From Candidatus Latescibacterota bacterium (lineage in GTDB: Bacteria; Latescibacterota; UBA2968; UBA8231), in NCBI GenBank assembly GCA_965197905.1, contig CBDAOB010000005.1, positions 640,001 to 704,000 on the forward strand: 64,000 bases of DNA, written 5' to 3'. The position numbers and the translations under genes are program-made. Below the pieces are notes generated by a model. The model was not told the origin of the DNA. It saw nothing but the letters and a program-made list of their open reading frames with translations, and did no database searches. Every line of letters starts with the position of its first letter. Position 1 is the stretch's first letter. Below, piece after piece: positions 39,236 to 47,655 of this stretch.

Positions 39236-40120
39236 ATGATAGAAATGAGCGAACGCGAGAAGTTTCTCCTGGACTTGCAGGGTTTTTTGCATGTGAGGGA
39301 GTTTCTGTCTGCGGAAGAAGTACGTGCCCTCAACGAAGCCGTAGATGCCAATGTAGACGAGGAAGCCGAGGATTTCTTTCCTCCGGAAGCCCAATACGGC
39401 GGCGGGATGGACGGGCAAATCGGCAAAGGAACCATAGAAGGAATGCTCACCTGGGAGCAGCCGTGGTGCCAGCCCTTCCGCGACATGCTGGCCCATCCGA
39501 AACTCATCCCATATCTCAATACGCTCTTTGGTCGAGGCTGGAGAATGGACGAACGGCCGTTTATCAGCGTTGCCAAGAAGGGCACGGGCGGTCACGGCCT
39601 GCATGGTGTTACCAGCCGAATTTTCGACGGGAGCCAGTTCTACCACTATGCCAACGGCGAGATACGCGCGGGGCTGGCCGTTTTCCAGTTCCAACTGGCA
39701 GACATCAATCCCGGCGACGGGGGGCTGGCCGTAATTCAGGGCAGTCACAAGGCGAATTTCAAATGCCCCGAAGATATCATGCTCTGGAGCGCTGACCGGG
39801 AAGTGGTGCGAGGTGTGGGTGGCAAGGCCGGGGACATGGCGATCTTCCTCGAGGCCACCATACACGGGGCTTTTCCCTGGACGGCGGAGCACAATCGGCG
39901 CTCGCTCTTCTACCGCTACGGACCCAAGTACCTCACTTATCACGCGGACTACATCGAGACCAGCCAGCCCGAGTGGGTGAGCGAGCTGACCGATGTGCAA
40001 CGAGCCGTTCTGGAACCTGCCTACGTTTATGCCCGGCCCCTGCTGGAGGACGACGGAGCGACGCTGGTGCATCCCGGGCAAGAGCCGGCCGCCCACCGTC
40101 CCCCGAAAAAGGACGCGTAG
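39236..40120 (+). CDS. PhyH-family dioxygenase
   Basis: LDLQGFL, LHG, GGLAVIQGSHK, EATIHG, RRSLFYRY. Confidence 0.85.
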   Translation: MIEMSEREKFLLDLQGFLHVREFLSAEEVRALNEAVDANVDEEAEDFFPPEAQYGGGMDGQIGKGTIEGMLTWEQPWCQPFRDMLAHPKLIPYLNTLFGRGWRMDERPFISVAKKGTGGHGLHGVTSRIFDGSQFYHYANGEIRAGLAVFQFQLADINPGDGGLAVIQGSHKANFKCPEDIMLWSADREVVRGVGGKAGDMAIFLEATIHGAFPWTAEHNRRSLFYRYGPKYLTYHADYIETSQPEWVSELTDVQRAVLEPAYVYARPLLEDDGATLVHPGQEPAAHRPPKKDA

Positions 40121-40127
40121 AATCCAA

Positions 40128-41774
40128 ATGAGCCCAATGGACGAGAAACGAAAAGCAGCACGCTGGCGGCAGCGGCGCATCATCTACAACAACGACGGCG
40201 ACGACGTCAGGGAGCCGGTTAATCACCACGAACTCCTCTGGCAGATCATCAAGCGCAGTGGCGGCGACCTGGCAGAGGACTTCCTGAAGGCGCGCAGCAC
40301 GCCGCTATTGGGCACCCAGGTGGACAGCATATGGTACTCCACCTGCTTCGCCGGCCTCACTTTCTCACACCACACCCAGCGGGGCGATTTCTTCGGCAAG
40401 GACGTTCCCCTGGAACTCGTAGAAAGCTGTGGGCGCGACAACCTGCAGATCCAGGCGGACTTCTGCCACCAGAACGGCCTCGAAGCGTTCTGGTCGCTGC
40501 GCATGAACGACACCCACGATGCTTTTCCCGATGGTATCCGCACCAACTTTCACCCACTGGCCCCGTTCAAGCAGGCCAATCCGCACTATATGATGGGGGA
40601 GCCTGGTGACTGGGAGAAATATCCCAAGGGACCGAAACACGGGTGGACCTCTCTCGATTTCAGCTATCCGGAGGTTCGGGAGCACGTATTCTCGTTGATC
40701 GAGGAGGTATGCCAGGGTTACGACGTCGATGGGGTGGAACTGGACTTCTTCCGCGCTCCGAGGTTTTTCCCGCCTACAATGGAGGGGCAAGCCGTCGAGG
40801 AACAGCACATACAAATTATGACCGACCTGATGCGGCGCATCAGTTCGGCCGCTAACGAGGCGGGTCAGAAAAGGGGACGTCCGTTACTGCTGGCCGTGCG
40901 GGTGCCAAGGACCGTCGAGGCAGGGCGTTTCATCGGACTCGATACGGAAACGTGGCTCGCGGAAGATTTAGTTGATCTGTTGATCGCGGGTGATAATCCC
41001 AATTCGACATTGACCAAGTCATTCGAGGAGATCGTGACGCTGGGGCACCGCCACGATGTTCCGGTGTATCCCTGCGTTCCGTGGCTGTTCTGGCATTACT
41101 GGGCTTTTCTTGAACTGGCGGCAGATGAACACCCGACTCAGGACGACTGGATAGCCACGATGTACTGCGGCGATCCGAAAGATCTGGACAAACCGTGTTA
41201 TCTCGACCTCTTCAACGCATGGGAAGGAACTGCGGCCAACTTGCGCGGTGCCGCTGCGAATCTTTGGAACGCTGGCGCCGACGGGATATATGTCTTCAAC
41301 GGATTTTGCGGTCCCAGCATGAATGCCTGGAACGAGATCGGTGATCCCACATCGCTGGCAAACAAGGACAAGGTGTTCGGCGTTGACTGGTTTCCAGGAG
41401 ACTTGAGTGTTGAGGAGGCGCTTGGAATGCGCGGAATGGAGCTAAAACTGGGAGAGCCGGCCCAGGCACACTTTCAGGTGGGGGAGGAGGTGACGGCGGG
41501 AACAATCTCGCAGTTGCGATTTCGTCTTCACCTGTGGCACTCTTCCGACGCGGACGACCTCGATATCAAGCTCAACGATGAATCGCTCGACCGTCTCACG
41601 CCCGACGGCCCCGGCAGCTCGTCTACGGGAAGTCGCTGGTTCGAGTGCGCGATAAGTCCGACTCATCTAAAACGGGGCGAGAATTGGGTCGAGCTGCTGC
41701 TAAAGAAGCGAGGAGATTCGATAGACGTGCCGCTCGTACTGGATGCCGTCCAGCTTCATGTTCAGCAGGGATAG
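40128..41774 (+). CDS. TIM-barrel glycoside-hydrolase-like protein (GHL10/DUF187-like)
   Basis: RRIIYNNDG, SLRMNDTH, LDFSYPEVR, YDVDGVELDF, GADGIYVFN. Start at ATG 40128. Confidence 0.72.
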   Translation: MSPMDEKRKAARWRQRRIIYNNDGDDVREPVNHHELLWQIIKRSGGDLAEDFLKARSTPLLGTQVDSIWYSTCFAGLTFSHHTQRGDFFGKDVPLELVESCGRDNLQIQADFCHQNGLEAFWSLRMNDTHDAFPDGIRTNFHPLAPFKQANPHYMMGEPGDWEKYPKGPKHGWTSLDFSYPEVREHVFSLIEEVCQGYDVDGVELDFFRAPRFFPPTMEGQAVEEQHIQIMTDLMRRISSAANEAGQKRGRPLLLAVRVPRTVEAGRFIGLDTETWLAEDLVDLLIAGDNPNSTLTKSFEEIVTLGHRHDVPVYPCVPWLFWHYWAFLELAADEHPTQDDWIATMYCGDPKDLDKPCYLDLFNAWEGTAANLRGAAANLWNAGADGIYVFNGFCGPSMNAWNEIGDPTSLANKDKVFGVDWFPGDLSVEEALGMRGMELKLGEPAQAHFQVGEEVTAGTISQLRFRLHLWHSSDADDLDIKLNDESLDRLTPDGPGSSSTGSRWFECAISPTHLKRGENWVELLLKKRGDSIDVPLVLDAVQLHVQQG

Positions 41775-41977
41775 ACATCGGCTGGTAAGACGCCTGTCTT
41801 CCGTCTCAATCTCATAGCCTCTGCCAAGCAGGAGACGAGCACTAAAAACGACATAATTGTCGCCATGATTCATATTTGGCACAAAACTGTAGTATTAATC
41901 AGAGGTCCCGAACGCCCGAAGTTTTCTAATTAAATCGCTTACGTCGCAGTTTCTCGACAAAATTGTTGTATTTCTGT

Positions 41978-42107
41978 GCTGTTGGAACAAACCGGCGGAA
42001 ACATCGCCGCAGCCGCGCGGTTATTGGGCACCAACCGACCGAGAATCTATCGATTTATCGAAGAGAATCGCGCCCCGGCGAGCGGAAAGGTCAATCTGGA
42101 GAATTGA
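41978..42107 (+). pseudogene. Fis-type HTH C-terminal remnant of a sigma54 activator
   Basis: Manual translation LLEQTGGNIAAAARLLGTNRPRIYRFI...*. Confidence 0.7.
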
Positions 42108-42133
42108 TGCCCAGACGGTGAGTCGAGTAGGGA

Positions 42134-42703
42134 ATGAAAAACGATGTGAACTATGAGATTGTGCTGATCGGTCCAATCGGGGTTGGGAAGAGTACTCTTG
42201 GCGAGCTCATTGCGAAGGAGCTGAACGTCCCATCGTGTTCACTGGATGATGTTTGGCGGAACTACGCGCAGGAAATTGGCTACGATAGTGACTTCGCCAA
42301 AAGTCTACAGGAGAGGGGGGGGGGATTTTGGGCGAGTTATATCTACAGGAAAGAGTTCTGCTGCTACGCCGTCGAAAAAGTTCTGTCAGAGTATCACAGT
42401 TGTGTCTTAGATTTCGGTGCCGGTCACTCCGTCTACGAGATCGACAGTCACTTTACGCGAGTCCAGAAGGCGTTAGAACTCTTCAGGAACGTCGTGCTTG
42501 TCTTGCCTTCTCCTGACGAATCCGAGGCAATACGAACACTAGCGGAGGTGCGACCTGACATGCCCAAGGATATCAAGGCACATTTTCTCGCACATCATTC
42601 CAATTACGATCTGGCAAAGTTCACGGTTTATACAAAAGGAAAATCTCCGGAACAGACCAAGGTCGAAATCCTCAATTTCGTCTACGATAGTGGCCAACCA
42701 TAG
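42134..42703 (+). CDS. Shikimate kinase-like P-loop protein
   Basis: LIGPIGVGKST, VLDFGAGHS. Confidence 0.8.
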   Translation: MKNDVNYEIVLIGPIGVGKSTLGELIAKELNVPSCSLDDVWRNYAQEIGYDSDFAKSLQERGGGFWASYIYRKEFCCYAVEKVLSEYHSCVLDFGAGHSVYEIDSHFTRVQKALELFRNVVLVLPSPDESEAIRTLAEVRPDMPKDIKAHFLAHHSNYDLAKFTVYTKGKSPEQTKVEILNFVYDSGQP

Positions 42704-42856
42704 CGTTTCTTATTCGCGACGCATGGCCGATTGAGCTGAATGATCTTGGCATTGCTGTGGCGATATGGTCAAGAGAAGCAAGCTCACAATTCCTACCAGA
42801 TGCCGAACTACTGATGCTGCGAACCGTGGGCGGCAAAAAGAGGCAACTTCTCAGCC

Positions 42857-43216
42857 TCATGCCGCTTCAACCTCTGGTGGCGCAACAGGCGATGGCTTCC
42901 ATTCGTTTCTGAGAAGAGCTGACCGAATCTCACGTTTGGCCAGGCCGTTTTCGATGTGAGCCAGCCTGAGCTTGAGGGAGTCAAGTTTCTTTTCCAGCGC
43001 GACCTTCTTGCGTTCCAGCGCCAGCCTGTTCTGCTCTGCCGTCTCTCGTTCAACCTCAAATTTTCTGAGGGAGTTCATTCGTTCCTGGCGCAGGCATTTC
43101 AGCTCCCAGATAGATTTGTGCATTCGAACTAGCAGGTGGCTGGTCAGAATCTTCGTGCCAATGGCCGCTGCCATGATTGCGAGCGACACGCTCAAAAAAC
43201 TGGTATCGACGTACAT
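42857..43216 (-). CDS. Small protein with N-terminal TM anchor and coiled coil
   Basis: MYVDTSFLSVSLAIMAAAIG, then a heptad-like K/E/L-rich region; GGGAGG RBS. Confidence 0.65.
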   Translation of the reverse strand: MYVDTSFLSVSLAIMAAAIGTKILTSHLLVRMHKSIWELKCLRQERMNSLRKFEVERETAEQNRLALERKKVALEKKLDSLKLRLAHIENGLAKREIRSALLRNEWKPSPVAPPEVEAA

Positions 43217-43269
43217 TGAGCACCTCCCCAGTTTGTCTTCTTGTGCTTGAGCCTCCTCGCCTATAGTTG

Positions 43270-43285
43270 AGCAATTGCGATGCCA
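43270..43285 (-). promoter_or_regulatory. Sigma54 -24/-12 promoter
   Basis: TGGCATCGCAATTGCT (GG-N10-GC), ~55 bp upstream of the ATG at 43216. Confidence 0.7.
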
Positions 43286-43584
43286 CAATGGGTGCGCCCC
43301 GTCGACACAGAAGGGACAAAAGATGCCCAATATCGGCACACGAGTTGTAGCTTGAGCGGCGCCTGTCCCGCAAATGCGATTGATTCGCGCAGGGCTCTCC
43401 ATGGCATTGGGGCATTTGGCCCGAAGAACTCGAGAAGTCCAATCCGAGACCGTGCTACGTAAGTCATGGCAACCTATTGGTTTAGAATTGTCGCGCCAAG
43501 GAAAGCCTGACCACGACGGGGCAACGAACCCAGTGTCGGGCGTGGACCCAATCTACCGAAAGCATTAAGGAACGAGGACTTGAA

Positions 43585-44313
43585 CTACCCGACGAGGACC
43601 ACCAGAGCCGAAATGTTGTCCAAATTTCCGTGCCCCTCATGCGCTGCGCGGTTTACAAGCTCACTGGCGATGGCAGCCGCGGAGCCGTTGTTGCCGAGAA
43701 TCTCCCATATTGACGAGTTCTCCATTTCCCCATGCAATCCGTCGGAGCAGAAGAGCAGCCGGTCATTTTCTTCCAGCTGCTCTTCACCCAGCTGCGGTTC
43801 TACATTTCGCGGGGTACCCAGGTATCGCGTCAGAACATTCTTGTAGCTGGAGTGAGCCGCCTGTTGCGTCGAGATCAGTTCGCGATCAACTAGGTATTGG
43901 GCCTGGGTGTGGTCGAAGGTGAGTTGCTTGAGCTCTTCGTCGCGGAGGTGGTATAGACGACTGTCGCCCACGTGACAGAAATGCAGGCGTTGATCTCTTA
44001 CGAGCCCGAGCGTTAGGGTGGTACCAAGATCCCGAAGGCTGGGGTCTTGCCGGCCAACACCTCTGATGCGGCGATTCGCCGCCTGGAAGAGCCGGTCCAG
44101 CAGCGACGGGATTTCACGGTCGACGGCGGCGAGAAGAGTTTGAATATGCTCGTCCACCGTATCGACCGCTAATTCGCTGGCAACCTGACCACCGGCCTGC
44201 CCTCCCATGCCATCGGCAATCAGATAGACGATCCCTTCCCCCAGGACCGCCCCGCGGTCTTCGTTTGTATCTCGATCTCCGCGATTGGAGCAGAGAGCGC
44301 TATCGAAGGTCAT
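43585..44313 (-). CDS. PP2C-family Ser/Thr protein phosphatase
   Basis: RDTNED, IADGMGG, GTTLT, HVGDSRLY, CSDGL, DNIS. Confidence 0.93.
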   Translation of the reverse strand: MTFDSALCSNRGDRDTNEDRGAVLGEGIVYLIADGMGGQAGGQVASELAVDTVDEHIQTLLAAVDREIPSLLDRLFQAANRRIRGVGRQDPSLRDLGTTLTLGLVRDQRLHFCHVGDSRLYHLRDEELKQLTFDHTQAQYLVDRELISTQQAAHSSYKNVLTRYLGTPRNVEPQLGEEQLEENDRLLFCSDGLHGEMENSSIWEILGNNGSAAAIASELVNRAAHEGHGNLDNISALVVLVG

Positions 44314-44320
44314 TGATTGG

Positions 44321-47300
44321 TCAGGCGAGCTCGGCGAGGATGTCGCGCACCCGATTGAGATCCGCATCGGCATCGATCTTGGCGAAGATCGACTCGGCTT
44401 CTCGCAACGGGATCAACGCCGTGTCAGCCTCGCCTCGGTCGCGGCTCAGGATACCCAACTCGAAGAGGGCTTCACCAAGACTGACCGATTCGCCGAACTG
44501 CCGGTTTATCTCGATGCTCTTTTCGAGATAGGCTTTGCCGTCATCCCATTTGCCCTCCAAGCGGCAAAAGCGACCGTACATCTTGAGCGCATCTGCGACG
44601 CCGAGGGGATCGTCGCGGCGGCGGTATCCTTTGAGCGTGCGACTGCATGCCTCTTGAGCTTTGTTCCGCTCACCCGCTCCCAAGAGCGCCTCCGACCGGC
44701 TCAGCTCAATGTCAGATTGGTGAAAGAAGTAGCGCGTCTCGTGACAGACGTCCATGCTGCGAGAGTAAAGCTCGAGGGCTTCATCCCATCGTTCTTCGTC
44801 GGCGCGCAGCATTCCCATGTTCCACAATGTCATCATCTTCTGCCAGGTAACTGTCCCGCCCTCGTCGATGGCCAGAACCCGCTCGTACAACCTCCACGCC
44901 TCGTCCCGCTGACCCCGCACGGTGGCGAGCACCGCCATGTTGTTGAGTACATCGCCGGTCTCTTGCGGTGTGTCACTGAGTATTTCCAAAGCTGCTTTCC
45001 AGCGGTTCTCTGCCTCGTCGTAACGACCGCACTCGAAATCGATGCAGCCCCAACTGGTCAGCACACGCGCCCCGATCGGCGACGCATTCTGGCCTTCCAA
45101 ACACTGAAGGGCGTCCTTGTAGTGCGACGACGCTTCGGCAAAGCGGCGCAGCTGCTCATTGGCTTCGCCCATCAAACGCAGAGCCTCCGCCTCTTCAAGA
45201 GGACGTGCCATTTCTCGGGCGGCCTGGCGCATTTCTTCGCACGACTCCAACGCTTGTTCCAGGTTCGAGAGGAAGACCTTCGCCTTGGCGCCAAACGAAA
45301 GGGCATGCAGGAGGTCGTCTCCAGACCCGGCCCCCTTGCGACATGATTCCCCGGCGCACTCGAACAGGCGGATGGATCCGCGCCAATCGAAGAGCTTGAA
45401 CGCCTCGTCAGCGCCACGAATGAGATAGGGTAAAGCAGCGTCGAAATCTTCGGCGAAGAAGAAATGGGTTCCCAGCTCTTCATCGCTGACTTCGTTCCCT
45501 TGTGCCAGCTGGTCCTTCAATGCGGCGGCAACGATCTTGTGGTATTCGCACCGCAATTCCCACGGCATCTCGGCGTACAGCACCTCGCGAATCTTCGAGT
45601 GAGTGAACTCGTAGTAGCCGTTTCGGGTGACGATGAGCTGGTTCGACTTTTCCAACTTGAACAGCGACTTCAACAGGTCGATGCGCCCGACCCCGGAGGC
45701 CTCCTCCAGAACGCGGGAGGTAAATTGCTGACCGATTACAGCAGCGATCTGCAGGAGCTCGCGATTCTCCGAGTCTAGCTGCTCGACCCGTCGCATGACC
45801 AAGGAGCTGATGCGTTCGGGAACCACCACCTCGGTGATCCCGGTCTGCGCCGTCCACACTCCGCTCTCGCAATAGAGCATGTCGCGACTGCGCAGCAGCT
45901 TCAGAATCTCGAGCGCTATGAACGGATTGCCCTGGGACTGCTCGTGGAGGTATTTGGAGAACTCTTCGCTGAAGTCCGATTCGAGGAACAGCGACCTCAC
46001 CAGCTTGGCCAGCTCGGGGATGGAGAAGCGCCCCAAACTCACCTCGTTCAAGCGACCCTCGGAATCGAGCTGTCGCAATACGTTTTCGAGCTGAACGCTT
46101 TCCGTATCTCCGCTTGAAATTTCCTCGTTGCGGTAGGTTGCAACCCACAGGATCTGCGCCTCCGCTGCCCGCCGTGCCAGGTTTTGCAGCAGCAAGAGGG
46201 AGCCCTCGTCCGCCCAATGCATGTCCTCCAAGAATACCACCAGGGGATGCTGGGATGCGGCGGTTTGCAGGACTTCGAAAATCGTGTCGAACAGACGCTG
46301 CCTGGCCGCCTCCGGATTGGCTTCAGCTCCGAACGCGGCGGCGAAACTTGCGCGGATTTTGGCGGTGGTGCTGGAGCTGCTCGCCAGCTCGGCGAGCTCT
46401 GGTGCCTGGCGCTGCAGGATGTCGGCCAATGCGGCGCGCTCTTCCGGGGAAAGCTCGCCTTCACCGGCAGCAAATAAGCTGGCAAGGGCGTCCAGATAGG
46501 GCATGTACGGACCCATGCCGTGCTCGAAAAAACAGATTCCCTTGACCACGCGGCCCTCGTTCTCGATCACGTAGCGGCCAAATTCCTCGACGACGCGGCT
46601 CTTGCCGATGCCCGCCTCGCCGGCCAGGAAAACCACCTTGCCGCCATCCACCAGCGCATCGAAATGCGCCACCAAAGTGCCGACCTCGATCTCGCGTCCG
46701 GTGAAACGGGACTGGAAATACCTGGTGCGAAGCTCTTCCCCCTCGTCCACCGGTTCGGTCGCACCAACTTCGGGTACGGTGAGAAGCTGCTGTCGATGGC
46801 TGACTTCCTCTATACCGTTGAAGGCGGCGTCAGCGGATGGAAAGCGGTCTTCCGGTACCTTGTCCAGTAGCCGCAATACGAAACGGTCGACGGAACGCGG
46901 CAGATTGGGGTTGAGGAAGGATGGAGGGCGCGGCTCTTCGTTCAGCTGGTGATAGACCAAGGTCGCCGGAGAATCTCCCGCGAAAGGCAGAATACCGGTG
47001 AGCATCTCATAAAGCACGACGCCCGCCGCGTAGAGGTCGACTGCGGGACCGATTTTGTCGCCCACGATCTGCTCGGGAGCCATATACTCGACGGTGCCGA
47101 GGATCTCGTCGGCTCGGGTCAACGCCACGTCTTCGGCCATCTTTGCCACGCCGAAGTCGAGAATCTTTATCGTGCCATCTTCTTTGATGACCAGATTTTC
47201 AGGTTTGATATCCCGATGGATGACCTCACCGTCGTGCGCCGCCTGGAGACCATTGAAAAGCTGCGAAGCTATCGCCAACGCCTCTTCCACTGCCAACCCG

Positions 47301-47626
47301 CTCTTGCGCTGGCGTATGAGCTGCCGCAATGGCTGACCTTCAACCAGCTCCATCGCCAAAAAGAGGTGGCCTTCGTCCTTGCCGGCACCGTAGACCGCCA
47401 CGACGTTGGGGTGGGATATCTTGGCGGCCAGCTGGGCTTCTCTTTGAAAGCGATCGGCTTCGCGAACATCATCCACCCGATCCAGCCGCAGCAGCTTGAG
47501 GGCCACGTCTCGGCGGAGGTTCTCGTCCCGGGCACGGTAAACCGCCCCCATGCCTCCGCTCCCGAGCAGCCGGGTGACGACATAACCTCCGAACTGACGC
47601 CCCACTAACGGATCATCGGTTTCCAT
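44321..47626 (-). CDS. Ser/Thr kinase + AAA_16 (STAND-type) ATPase + TPR protein
   Basis: GSGGMG, VALK, HRDIKPEN, DFG, APE; GEAGIGKS, LEDMHWAD, GNP; C-terminal TPR-like helices. Confidence 0.92.
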   Translation of the reverse strand: METDDPLVGRQFGGYVVTRLLGSGGMGAVYRARDENLRRDVALKLLRLDRVDDVREADRFQREAQLAAKISHPNVVAVYGAGKDEGHLFLAMELVEGQPLRQLIRQRKSGLAVEEALAIASQLFNGLQAAHDGEVIHRDIKPENLVIKEDGTIKILDFGVAKMAEDVALTRADEILGTVEYMAPEQIVGDKIGPAVDLYAAGVVLYEMLTGILPFAGDSPATLVYHQLNEEPRPPSFLNPNLPRSVDRFVLRLLDKVPEDRFPSADAAFNGIEEVSHRQQLLTVPEVGATEPVDEGEELRTRYFQSRFTGREIEVGTLVAHFDALVDGGKVVFLAGEAGIGKSRVVEEFGRYVIENEGRVVKGICFFEHGMGPYMPYLDALASLFAAGEGELSPEERAALADILQRQAPELAELASSSSTTAKIRASFAAAFGAEANPEAARQRLFDTIFEVLQTAASQHPLVVFLEDMHWADEGSLLLLQNLARRAAEAQILWVATYRNEEISSGDTESVQLENVLRQLDSEGRLNEVSLGRFSIPELAKLVRSLFLESDFSEEFSKYLHEQSQGNPFIALEILKLLRSRDMLYCESGVWTAQTGITEVVVPERISSLVMRRVEQLDSENRELLQIAAVIGQQFTSRVLEEASGVGRIDLLKSLFKLEKSNQLIVTRNGYYEFTHSKIREVLYAEMPWELRCEYHKIVAAALKDQLAQGNEVSDEELGTHFFFAEDFDAALPYLIRGADEAFKLFDWRGSIRLFECAGESCRKGAGSGDDLLHALSFGAKAKVFLSNLEQALESCEEMRQAAREMARPLEEAEALRLMGEANEQLRRFAEASSHYKDALQCLEGQNASPIGARVLTSWGCIDFECGRYDEAENRWKAALEILSDTPQETGDVLNNMAVLATVRGQRDEAWRLYERVLAIDEGGTVTWQKMMTLWNMGMLRADEERWDEALELYSRSMDVCHETRYFFHQSDIELSRSEALLGAGERNKAQEACSRTLKGYRRRDDPLGVADALKMYGRFCRLEGKWDDGKAYLEKSIEINRQFGESVSLGEALFELGILSRDRGEADTALIPLREAESIFAKIDADADLNRVRDILAELA

Positions 47627-47655
47627 TGCGGAATCCCTTTGAGTATCCAGCCAAT

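Noticed and set aside
41876..41892. Sigma54 promoter TTGGCACAAAACTGTAG
   Set aside because: Lacks the -12 GC; the similar near-misses at ~30502 and ~43334 also fail
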